DNA of 64,000 bases, taken from NCBI GenBank assembly GCA_964521165.1, contig CAZFRA010000001.1, positions 60,822-124,821 of the forward strand. Direction: 5' to 3'. The notes under the pieces are model-generated. The model did no database searches, was not told the origin of the DNA, and saw only the letters and a list, made by a program, of their open reading frames with translations. Shown piece by piece: positions 1 through 7,285 of this stretch; position 1 is the first letter of the stretch, and every line of letters begins with the position of its first letter. The DNA is from an uncultured Lachnospiraceae bacterium (GTDB lineage Bacteria > Bacillota > Clostridia > Christensenellales > UBA1242). Both the position numbers and the translations under genes were made by a program.

Positions 1-1764
1 CGTGCCAGTAAGAATTGTGTCGTCATCAATATATGACAAATAAAAATCAAACTGTTCTTCAGCTTTTTGTAAGTCGTAAAAACTCACTTCGCATACAATA
101 TTGATTATATCTACCAAAAAACCGCATCGACGCTCGGAATCGCAATACTTTAAAACATTCTCTAACTTTTCGCCGTCGCGATAAGAGAGTTTGCCTTCAA
201 GAGTTTCAAAGTTTTTTGAAAATAACGCAAAAAGGCTTTGTGGATGACCTTCGTCAAGTTCCAAAATTTTGTAATAATAACTCTCGTCCCCGGATTTTTG
301 CGCGAGTTGGAAGTAGAAATTGGTGTATTTATCCACATCGGCAGGGTCGAAGCACTTTAAGATTTTCTCAATAAGGTCTTCGTTTAAAGTCTTCAGCGCC
401 AATTTCTCAGCTTCTTCGATAAACTCATCGTGAAGCGAGTTTTGATATTGCGCCAAAAACTCTAAATATTGAAGATAAACATCCACGTCTTTCTCTTGAA
501 CAATCAATCTTTCCCATTTGTTAACAAAGTCGTTGGCAAATTCCAGAGTGGAGTATTTCAAAATGTTTTCCAAAACTTCTTTGTTTTTAAAATTTTCAAT
601 ATTAGAAAAGAATTCTTCTTCCGTTTTTATCCGCCTATCGCACAAAAGTGATGCAAAAAAGATTTCGCCACTCGGAGAATCATTTTCTTCCATCAGCAGT
701 TTTTCGGCAGTTTCAAAGTCACCGTTTTTTATACTCGAAAAAATCCATTTAACCTTATTCTTCTCGGAAAGTGGAATATTTTCGATATTATAATGTCCAA
801 GTTCGGTTGGCGCTACCGTGGAAATTTCCACCTTTTCTTTTTTGACCGGCTGAACTTCTTTCACTTCGCGTTTTTTTAACCCAACATCTTGCTTAAAATC
901 TCGTTGTACTGCACTCTTCACAAAAGTGGTTAAATCTTCCACAAAGTTTATATCGTTTATGGAATAAAGTTTTTGCAGTGTTGGAAAAAATTTTTTGATT
1001 TGGTCGAGCGAGACGTCTTTGTCGTTATACGCCACCACAAAACTCGATGGAAAACGCTCGTTTGTTTCTATGAGATAAAGAAAGCGTTGGAAAAGATTGC
1101 GAATTTTTGTATCGAGTAAATCATCTTCCCTTTCCACCAGCAAAATTTCCACTTTTGCAGTTTGAATTGCTTGAAAAGTGAATGCTTCAATATCTTTTTT
1201 CTGCTCTTTTATCTCTTTTCGCAAAAAAACTTTCAAATTCTTTTCTTTGAGCGCCGACAAAAGTTTTTCAACCGAATCGCTCTTGGTGTTCAAAATAACA
1301 TCGCAAGAATATTTTTGCGCATATTTTAAGAAATTGTCGCGGATTTTTTCCACACGTTTTGCTTGCTCAGTATAACTTTCTGCAATCTCTTTTGGCGCAA
1401 ACTCCACCGCTTTTTTAAAGTCGTCATCTTCCAAATAAAGTGGAATCTCCTTGCCAAAAAAAGATGGGGAACGCTTCGTCCCTTCCTTGCTGTTGAAATA
1501 TATAACCTTATTTTTTGCCTGCAAGCGCCCATAATACGCTTCGTGCGATTTTGGATAAATTGTGAGAATTTTATCAAAGTCTTTCACCGCTTCCGCAAAC
1601 TTAAACTCGCGAATTTTTTCATATGCCTGCACAATCAAAATTTCTTCTTCTTTGTTGGCGTATTCGTCGACATAGATAGTTCCACAGAATAAGCATTTGA
1701 CTATATTCTGCCCTATCCCTTTATATTTCTTGCCTCCACAATTATTACAAACTCTTTCTCTCAT
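1..1764 (-). CDS. Large zinc-ribbon/TPR-containing protein. N-terminus at 1764, ORF still open at position 1 (at least 588 aa), last gene of the ESCRT-like operon
   Basis: Own minus-strand translation from ATG 1764-1762: MRERVCNNCGGKKYKGIGQNIVKCLFCGTIYVDEYANKEEEILIVQAYEKIREFKFAEAVKDFDKILTIYPKSHEAYYGRLQAKNK... with no stop down to nt 1. It is missing from the ORF track because no stop lies in the window. It has a CxxC..CxxC ribbon followed by a TPR-like helix pair, and it starts 5 nt after the ATPase stop. Confidence 0.75.
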   Translation of the reverse strand, partial: MRERVCNNCGGKKYKGIGQNIVKCLFCGTIYVDEYANKEEEILIVQAYEKIREFKFAEAVKDFDKILTIYPKSHEAYYGRLQAKNKVIYFNSKEGTKRSPSFFGKEIPLYLEDDDFKKAVEFAPKEIAESYTEQAKRVEKIRDNFLKYAQKYSCDVILNTKSDSVEKLLSALKEKNLKVFLRKEIKEQKKDIEAFTFQAIQTAKVEILLVEREDDLLDTKIRNLFQRFLYLIETNERFPSSFVVAYNDKDVSLDQIKKFFPTLQKLYSINDINFVEDLTTFVKSAVQRDFKQDVGLKKREVKEVQPVKKEKVEISTVAPTELGHYNIENIPLSEKNKVKWIFSSIKNGDFETAEKLLMEENDSPSGEIFFASLLCDRRIKTEEEFFSNIENFKNKEVLENILKYSTLEFANDFVNKWERLIVQEKDVDVYLQYLEFLAQYQNSLHDEFIEEAEKLALKTLNEDLIEKILKCFDPADVDKYTNFYFQLAQKSGDESYYYKILELDEGHPQSLFALFSKNFETLEGKLSYRDGEKLENVLKYCDSERRCGFLVDIINIVCEVSFYDLQKAEEQFDFYLSYIDDDTILTGT

Positions 1765-1769
1765 TCCGC

Positions 1770-2885
1770 CTATTTTCTTCGCTTTTTGACTGCGCTTTCC
1801 CTTTCATTATTAAATTCTTCAAATTTTTTCAATTCGCTTTCGGTAACGCTTGGTGGAAATATTTTCAAAATTTTGTTAAAGTCTTTGTTTGTAACTTCCA
1901 CCACGCTATCTGTTTCAATCGCTTTCAAAAGTGGTTCGTCTTTTGCTCTGTCGCATAACTCTTCAAGGTCGGCACCGCTATACATTTCCGTTTGCGCAAC
2001 AATTTTGTCGATATCAAAATCTTTGGACACCGGCACATTTTCCATATTTTTTTTAATCATAAATTTACGCGCATCATCGTCCGGGAGTGGAATGTATATC
2101 TTCTGCGAAAAACGCCCCGAACGCGTAGCCGCGGTGTCAATATCCCAAGGTCTATTAGTCGCGCCCAGAAGCAAAAGGTTTGGATTTCTGCCCGCAAAAC
2201 CGTCAATTTGTTGTAAAAATTCGTTAACGCGCTTATCGTTGTGGATGTCTTGCCCGCGTTTTCCAAGCAAACTGTCCATTTCGTCAATAAAAATTATGGC
2301 TCTGTCTTGTTTGTTTGCTTCTTCGAAAAGTGAGTTGATGTTTTTCTCGCTCTCGCCAACCCACTTGGAAACAATATCCGATCCCTTAACAGCATAAAAC
2401 TTCGCGCCAACTTCGCAAGCAATTGCTTTAGCAATCATTGTCTTACCTGTTCCAGGCGGTCCATATAAGAGCACTCCACCGCCCGTTTTTTTGTTGTATA
2501 ATTTGTATTTTTCAGGATAAAGATAAGGGTTTATCATTCTTATTCTTATCGCTTTTTTAACATCTTCAAGTCCAGCAACATCGGAAAAGTGGACATTTGG
2601 GATTTCCGCCTGCTGCCACTTTTTGACATCGTCATCTTCTTCTTGCTCGTCTTTTTTCTTTTCTTTTTCGGTACCGATACGATCAGATAGTTCGACAATT
2701 CTTTTCGCTCTGTTAAGTCTAACTTCTTTAAGTTTGCCTTGGCTTACCTTTGCCATTTTCATCATTGTCTCGCCAGCGAGCATAAAATTACGCTTTGCCA
2801 AAGCATAATTTCCCTTTTCCTTTGCTTCTTTACCTTTTTTCATATATAAATCGAAGGTGTTGTTAAGAAGTTCAATATCTTCCAT
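1770..2885 (-). CDS. Vps4/CdvC-like AAA+ ATPase with an N-terminal MIT-like domain
   Basis: 371 aa with SD taggagaattATG. MIT-like N-terminus KGKEAKEKGNYALAKRNFMLAGETMMKMAK..RLNRAKRIVELSDRI, then an acidic linker. Motifs: PNVHFSDVAGLEDVK, Walker A GPPGTGKT, pore loop SKWVGESEK, Walker B IIFIDEMDS, SRH GATNRPWDIDTAATRSGRF, IYIPLPDDDAR, and a C-terminal helix SVTESELKKFEEF. Confidence 0.9.
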   Translation of the reverse strand: MEDIELLNNTFDLYMKKGKEAKEKGNYALAKRNFMLAGETMMKMAKVSQGKLKEVRLNRAKRIVELSDRIGTEKEKKKDEQEEDDDVKKWQQAEIPNVHFSDVAGLEDVKKAIRIRMINPYLYPEKYKLYNKKTGGGVLLYGPPGTGKTMIAKAIACEVGAKFYAVKGSDIVSKWVGESEKNINSLFEEANKQDRAIIFIDEMDSLLGKRGQDIHNDKRVNEFLQQIDGFAGRNPNLLLLGATNRPWDIDTAATRSGRFSQKIYIPLPDDDARKFMIKKNMENVPVSKDFDIDKIVAQTEMYSGADLEELCDRAKDEPLLKAIETDSVVEVTNKDFNKILKIFPPSVTESELKKFEEFNNERESAVKKRRK

Positions 2886-2902
2886 AATTCTCCTAAAAGC
2901 GC

Positions 2903-3499
2903 TTATTTTGCTTCGTCTTCAATTTTCTTTTTCAGTTTTTCGATTTCCTTGTCGATTTCTTCAGTGGACACTTCGTCGTTCGACACTTGTTCCATAATAT
3001 ATTTTTCAAATTCTTCGTCTGAAATTTCCTTGCCATCCTTCGCCTTACCTGCTTGGCGGAAAGATTCTTGACTCATTTCCATAAAAGTATCCATTTGGTC
3101 AGTTTGAGTTTCCACAGCGGCAATCGCTTCTTCAAATTGCGCTTGAATTTTTTCAAATTCTTTGGCGTTGGCAAGTTTGCTCATCTCTTTGGAAATAGCA
3201 CTCATACTTCTCAAAAATTCGGTTGTCATCATTGTGACATCGCGCATTTGAGCGGTAATTTCAAAGTTTAGCAACATCTCTTGCGCCCTTTTTTGTTGTT
3301 GAACAGTCATTTTGTAGCCAGAAAGAGCCAAATTAAATTGCGGCTCCAAATCCTTTTCCTTTGCTTTTTTGGCGGCGTTGACAAACACCTTTTTTTGTTC
3401 TTCCAGTCGAGCAATTTGCTTCTCCATTGAATTCATCGTTCTTTTTACCAGCATTTTTTGCTCGATTTCTTTTTGTTTTTTACTCTTAAACAACCCCAT
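2903..3499 (-). CDS. ESCRT-III (Snf7/CHMP family)-like protein, paralog A
   Basis: 198 aa with SD ggaggaataaaaaATG. Starts MGLFKSKKQKE. The N-terminal half is basic and helical (..VNAAKKAKEKD..) and the C-terminal half is acidic, ending EEIDKEIEKLKKKIEDEAK. Size and charge layout resemble CHMP2/3 as I recall them. Confidence 0.7.
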   Translation of the reverse strand: MGLFKSKKQKEIEQKMLVKRTMNSMEKQIARLEEQKKVFVNAAKKAKEKDLEPQFNLALSGYKMTVQQQKRAQEMLLNFEITAQMRDVTMMTTEFLRSMSAISKEMSKLANAKEFEKIQAQFEEAIAAVETQTDQMDTFMEMSQESFRQAGKAKDGKEISDEEFEKYIMEQVSNDEVSTEEIDKEIEKLKKKIEDEAK

Positions 3500-3502
3500 T
3501 TT

Positions 3503-4114
3503 TTATTCCTCCATTTTCATTTTTTTCTTTTTCGACTTATTTTCCTTCACTTCTTCATAAAGCGTTTGCTCGTCCAAAATTTGTTGTTCTTTTTCAAAAG
3601 ATGTCAAAAGTTCTTCGTCGGCAGTTTTGGTGCCATAAATTGCTTCATTTGTTTCATATGCTCCCTGTATTTCTGTGAACAGATCGTCAGCACTTGTCAA
3701 GACATCTTCGGAAGCAATACGCGTTTCAAGTGCTTTATTCAAAAACTTTGCCAAGCCTTTTTGGTCAGCTAGAAGTTCTGATAAAGGAACTTTTGTTTTG
3801 GTCTTGTAGAACGCGTTGCTATCGTATGCTTCTTTAAGTTTATTCATTAAGCGTATGTTATAAAGAAGATACATTCCTTTTTGCATCGTGCTTGCTTTTT
3901 GTTCTTTCAAATGGTTAATTTTCTTGGCATAGAAAAGTTTGAGTTCATCCGTCTTTTCCTTTTTACCTTTCGCCATTAACATATCGATTTCTTTTTGCAT
4001 TTGAAAGATTTCCGCTTCAACAGTGCGCTCTTGTCGCTCTAATTCGCAAATGGAATTCACTAAATCTTCTCGCTGAATCTTTTTGAATTTATTTCTCTTA
4101 AAAGGCCACCACAT
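3503..4114 (-). CDS. ESCRT-III (Snf7/CHMP4)-like protein, paralog B
   Basis: 203 aa with SD ggaggaaatATG. Starts MWWPFKRNKFKK (aromatic, amphipathic). Long heptad helices (EIFQMQKEIDMLMAKGKKEKTDELKLFYAKKINHLKEQK) and an acidic C-terminal region. Confidence 0.6.
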   Translation of the reverse strand: MWWPFKRNKFKKIQREDLVNSICELERQERTVEAEIFQMQKEIDMLMAKGKKEKTDELKLFYAKKINHLKEQKASTMQKGMYLLYNIRLMNKLKEAYDSNAFYKTKTKVPLSELLADQKGLAKFLNKALETRIASEDVLTSADDLFTEIQGAYETNEAIYGTKTADEELLTSFEKEQQILDEQTLYEEVKENKSKKKKMKMEE

Positions 4115-4123
4115 ATTTCCTCC

Positions 4124-4471
4124 TTAAAACTCTTCACCCGCATTGATTTTTGCGATTTCAGAGAGTAAATTTTGATATATCGCTTTCTGCTCATCGTCGG
4201 CATACATAAGCGCGTTTTGATATTCTTTCAAAAAGATGATGTTTTTGTATAGCGTTGCGTTGTTTAAAAGCACATCTTCTTTTCTTATATGGCACTTGGC
4301 AAGCATCAATCCCCAAAAAGCATCAGCGCACTTCGGGTCGGAAAGGATGACAAGGTCGAAATTTGTTTGTGCCAAATCGAAAAGTCCATCCGCCAGGTTA
4401 ATATATCCAAGTTTAAGTTCTTTCAAAACACTCTCCGCCACATCGTCACTTACTTTTAACTCTCTTTTCAT
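4124..4471 (-). CDS. Small TPR-like helical protein
   Basis: 115 aa. Its start overlaps the upstream stop (TGATG). The motif GLFDLAQTNFDLVILSDPKCADAFWGLMLAK parallels the TPR-like segment of the 1-1764 protein. Confidence 0.5.
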   Translation of the reverse strand: MKRELKVSDDVAESVLKELKLGYINLADGLFDLAQTNFDLVILSDPKCADAFWGLMLAKCHIRKEDVLLNNATLYKNIIFLKEYQNALMYADDEQKAIYQNLLSEIAKINAGEEF

Positions 4472-4884
4472 CAGGCATCCATTTCCTTTGTTCGCTGTGA
4501 CAAAAATCCTTCCACTTCTTCAATCATACGAAAAATTACTTCGGAATTTAAATCTTTCGACATCTCAATTTTTATGTCGTCAAGTTTGTTGGCGATTTTT
4601 TCGTCCACTTGTTTAACCTTTGCCTTGCTGGACGGGTTCAAAAATCGAATTTCGTCTTTAAGTTCCACAAGTTTATTGGTCAAGGTGTCGTTACCGTCTG
4701 CAAGCACAATCATACTCTCCAAATTCTGCACCGACCTTTCGATTTGGCGTTTATTTGGAATCACAAGCACACCTTCTTTTTTCTCGACATTTTCTTCTTT
4801 CTCTTTTCTTAATTCGCGCACGAGAAAATATACTGAAACGCCAACAATAGCCACACAAACGATAATGTAAATTGCAGTCATCAT
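4471..4884 (-). CDS. N-terminally membrane-anchored helical protein
   Basis: 137 aa with a GGAGGT SD. One N-terminal TM helix (MMTAIYIIVCVAIVGVSVYFLV) followed by a charged helical region. Confidence 0.6.
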   Translation of the reverse strand: MMTAIYIIVCVAIVGVSVYFLVRELRKEKEENVEKKEGVLVIPNKRQIERSVQNLESMIVLADGNDTLTNKLVELKDEIRFLNPSSKAKVKQVDEKIANKLDDIKIEMSKDLNSEVIFRMIEEVEGFLSQRTKEMDA

Positions 4885-4901
4885 AATATTCTTTTACCTC
4901 C

Positions 4902-5720
4902 TTAAAATTTGTTGCCACACATATTGCAAAACTTTGCATCTAACGAATTTTCGGCGCCACATTTCGAACACGTTTTGTTATCGCTCAATTTTGTTCCGCA
5001 ATTATGGCAAAATTTGGAATTTGATTCAATTTCGGTTTGGCAAACAGAGCAAAGCACCATTTTTGTCGCTGCCGTATTTTTGGCATTAAGTCTTTCAAGG
5101 TCGATATTATCAAAAATGATGTTAACAATGTTGAGAGAATAGACTGTGATGCCATAACTCGACGAAAAGGAACTTGAAAGGAGTGGTACAATACGTTTTG
5201 CGATTTCTTGCTTGTGTTGATAAACGCCCGAGAAAGTTACCTTTTTTTCTGCAATAAACTTCGCCACTTCGGCTTCAACCACCGACACTACCTTGCTCAT
5301 CAAACGGTCTTGCAAACTATCCGCTGTCAAAACATCATCTGCGCCAACAAGATAGAGAAAGGCTTTTCTAGGGTCACTTACCTGCACTTCAAAATCGCCA
5401 CTCATCCCCATTTTGTAAGTTTCCTTAATCACCGGGTCTTCAATGGTTATTTTACTCGGTGTCCCCCACAAAAGTTTTAATTTGGCAGTTTTACTCACAA
5501 AGATGATTTCGAACGAAAGTTTTTCGCCTTTTTTGAAAGGTATGAGATTGCCAAGAAGATACCTGCCCTTTGAAAGAGTTTGCAGCATTTCCCCATCGGA
5601 AATCAAAATGGCGTTATGAGTTTCTGGAACAATCAAAGTTGATTTTTCAGTGATAGTGTCCACCAAAACACGAGTAAAAAGTTTTTCATTTGTGCCAGAA
5701 AACTTAATAACTTCTTCCAC
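4902..5720 (-). CDS. SPFH/band-7-like (YdjI-like) protein with a C-terminal double zinc ribbon
   Basis: The track ORF 4902-5747 starts at a TTG that sits on the predicted TSS with no SD. GTG at 5720 has a GGGGG SD 5 nt upstream. The body (..LIVPETHNAILISDGEMLQTLSKGRYLL..) resembles B. subtilis YdjI-type SPFH proteins. The C-terminus has CSVCQTEIESNSKFCHNCGTKL and CSKCGAENSLDAKFCNMCGNKF. Confidence 0.7.
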   Translation of the reverse strand: MEEVIKFSGTNEKLFTRVLVDTITEKSTLIVPETHNAILISDGEMLQTLSKGRYLLGNLIPFKKGEKLSFEIIFVSKTAKLKLLWGTPSKITIEDPVIKETYKMGMSGDFEVQVSDPRKAFLYLVGADDVLTADSLQDRLMSKVVSVVEAEVAKFIAEKKVTFSGVYQHKQEIAKRIVPLLSSSFSSSYGITVYSLNIVNIIFDNIDLERLNAKNTAATKMVLCSVCQTEIESNSKFCHNCGTKLSDNKTCSKCGAENSLDAKFCNMCGNKF

Positions 5721-5751
5721 ATCTTCCCCCAAAAGACTATATTTCAAATAA

Positions 5752-5781
5752 ATTATATCAAATTAAAATGCTAAAAAGCAA
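5752..5781 (-). promoter_or_regulatory. Candidate sigma-70-type promoter of the ESCRT-like operon
   Basis: On the minus strand: TTGCTT, an 18-nt spacer, then TATAAT (5757-5752). It lies directly downstream of the terminator of the preceding gene. Confidence 0.4.
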
Positions 5782-5831
5782 GTAAAGAAAAGCATAAACT
5801 TGCAATTTACACCCATTTTTCTCAAAAAACG

Positions 5832-5864
5832 GATAAAAAAGAAAAAACACACTAATGTGTGTTT
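5832..5864 (-). terminator. Rho-independent terminator of the lipoprotein gene
   Basis: Minus strand: TAAACACAC-ATTA-GTGTGTTT followed by TTTCTTTTTT. Confidence 0.7.
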
Positions 5865-6456
5865 AATTTACATTGTATAGATCCGAGAAATCAACAGTAT
5901 AAACCACCGTTTCCGTTGTTTCACCTTCTTCCACCGCTGTCGTCACTTCAATTCTCCAAATTTGAGCATTTTCGTGAAGAAAATTTACACCAGAGTGAAT
6001 AACTAAAATAAAATTTTTTGTTTCGTTAGCAGATGTTGCTGTGGTGACATAGTTTATTCCAATTTCTCCTTCGGTGAATGCAACATCCTTTTCTTCTTCA
6101 CTGCGCCAGCCGACAACTTCCGTGGCGCCTTTACCTGTCTTAACATTCAAAACAATATAAAGTGCACCATTTCCAACACTCACACCTGTTTCTGTACTGT
6201 ATGCTGTAGCCTGCTCTTCAGTCATAATCGACGCACTGCCTTCAATGGTATAGTGGTTGTTGCCTTGATAAGTAATTGTAAGGTCAGACGAGTTATAGAA
6301 TTTTACATCTTGATAATTTGTAAAACTCGCATCCGAGCCAACGGTGATATAGTCATTCGTTTCTGTTTCATTACAACCGACAAGCAAAAAACCAGCCAAA
6401 AACAGAAACACTAAACAAAAAAGTATGGAAAATGTTTTTTTTAGAGTTGCTTTCAT
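5863..6456 (-). CDS. Lipoprotein, function unknown
   Basis: 197 aa with SD aggagaaaattATG. Signal peptide with a lipobox: ..FLAGFLLVGC NETE. Confidence 0.75.
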   Translation of the reverse strand: MKATLKKTFSILFCLVFLFLAGFLLVGCNETETNDYITVGSDASFTNYQDVKFYNSSDLTITYQGNNHYTIEGSASIMTEEQATAYSTETGVSVGNGALYIVLNVKTGKGATEVVGWRSEEEKDVAFTEGEIGINYVTTATSANETKNFILVIHSGVNFLHENAQIWRIEVTTAVEEGETTETVVYTVDFSDLYNVN

Positions 6457-6762
6457 AATTTTCTCCTATTTTGTGAGTATATTCTATCACAAACAAAAAA
6501 ATATTTCAACTTTTTTAACATAAAACAAAAAAGAGAAAATTTAGCAAAAAATTAAGAAAAAATGATAACTTACATTATTAAAATAAGGTATCTTTTAAAC
6601 AAAAAAATTTGAAAAAATTAACTTGAAAACATTTACTTTCAAACCGCTCTTGCACTTACCCGTCTACTTATGCACATTTTTTTGAAAAGATAATAGAATG
6701 ATAATGTGTGAAAGCACAAACTAAAAGTCGTAAATACATAAGAAGAAATTTAGGAGGCACAA

Positions 6763-6951
6763 ATGAACTTTTTTGGCGGCTCAGGTTGTGGCGATGTTGG
6801 CAGAGATTGCGGATGTGGCAACGATTGCGGTTCTCTCATCTTCTTGATTTTCCTTTTAAACTGCTGCGGCGGTGGAATGAAGGGTATCAATGTGGACTGT
6901 GGAACAATCTTGTTACTCTTACTTCTCTCAAACTGCAACTTCTGTAAATAA
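6763..6951 (+). CDS. 62-aa Cys/Gly-rich hydrophobic peptide
   Basis: Perfect AGGAGG (6752-6757) lies 5 nt before the ATG, and a terminator follows immediately. Sequence: MNFFGGSGCGDVGRDCGCGNDCGSLIFLIFLLNCCGGGMKGINVDCGTILLLLLLSNCNFCK. Confidence 0.6.
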   Translation: MNFFGGSGCGDVGRDCGCGNDCGSLIFLIFLLNCCGGGMKGINVDCGTILLLLLLSNCNFCK

Positions 6952-6966
6952 AGAGCTTTAAAAGAC

Positions 6967-6997
6967 AAAATGCCGGCAAAGGCATTTTGTTTTTTAT
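6967..6997 (+). terminator. Rho-independent terminator
   Basis: AAAATGCC-ggcaaa-GGCATTTT followed by a T-run. Confidence 0.7.
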
Positions 6998-7108
6998 TTT
7001 CAGCAAATAATCTAATAAAAATTAACAAAACTAGTAATATTTTAAAGGATAAGTCCGATTTTATTGCCACACGAAAACCTTAAACTTTTGAAAAGTTACA
7101 AAAAATTG

Positions 7109-7137
7109 TTGACAAATAAAATTTTTTATGGTAAGAT
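7109..7137 (+). promoter_or_regulatory. Promoter of tRNA-Ala
   Basis: TTGACA (7109-7114), a 17-nt spacer, then TAAGAT (7132-7137). The tRNA starts 14 nt downstream. Confidence 0.6.
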
Positions 7138-7150
7138 ATTTGAGCAATGT

Positions 7151-7227
7151 GGGGGTGTGGCTCAGTTGGCTAGAGCATCTGCCTTGCAAGCAGAGGGTCA
7201 TCGGTTCGAATCCGATCATCTCCACCA
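7151..7227 (+). tRNA. tRNA-Ala (anticodon UGC), CCA encoded
   Basis: Hand-folded cloverleaf. Acceptor GGGGGTG/CATCTCC including the G3:U70 Ala identity pair; D arm GCTC..GAGC; anticodon stem TCTGC/GCAGA with loop CTTGCAA; T arm ATCGG-TTCGAAT-CCGAT; 3' ACCA. Confidence 0.9.
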
Positions 7228-7237
7228 GTAGCGTATT

Positions 7238-7276
7238 AGACATACAACAAACACAAAATGTTGTATGTCTTTTTCT
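7238..7276 (+). terminator. Rho-independent terminator after tRNA-Ala
   Basis: AGACATACAACA-aacacaaaa-TGTTGTATGTCT followed by TTTTTC. Confidence 0.75.
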
Positions 7277-7285
7277 TTTATGTTT

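Noticed and set aside
469-1692. Several 60-109-aa ORFs in the track on both strands (469-651, 518-793, 1178-1375, 1326-1577, 1363-1692)
   Set aside because: None has an SD. They have low-complexity F/S/K-rich products and lie inside or antisense to a single long minus-strand ORF (1-1764) that has coherent protein-like sequence.
6708-6947. 79-aa alternative-frame ORF overlapping the Cys-rich peptide gene
   Set aside because: It has no SD before its start. The 6763 frame has a perfect AGGAGG at 5-nt spacing and ends right before a terminator.
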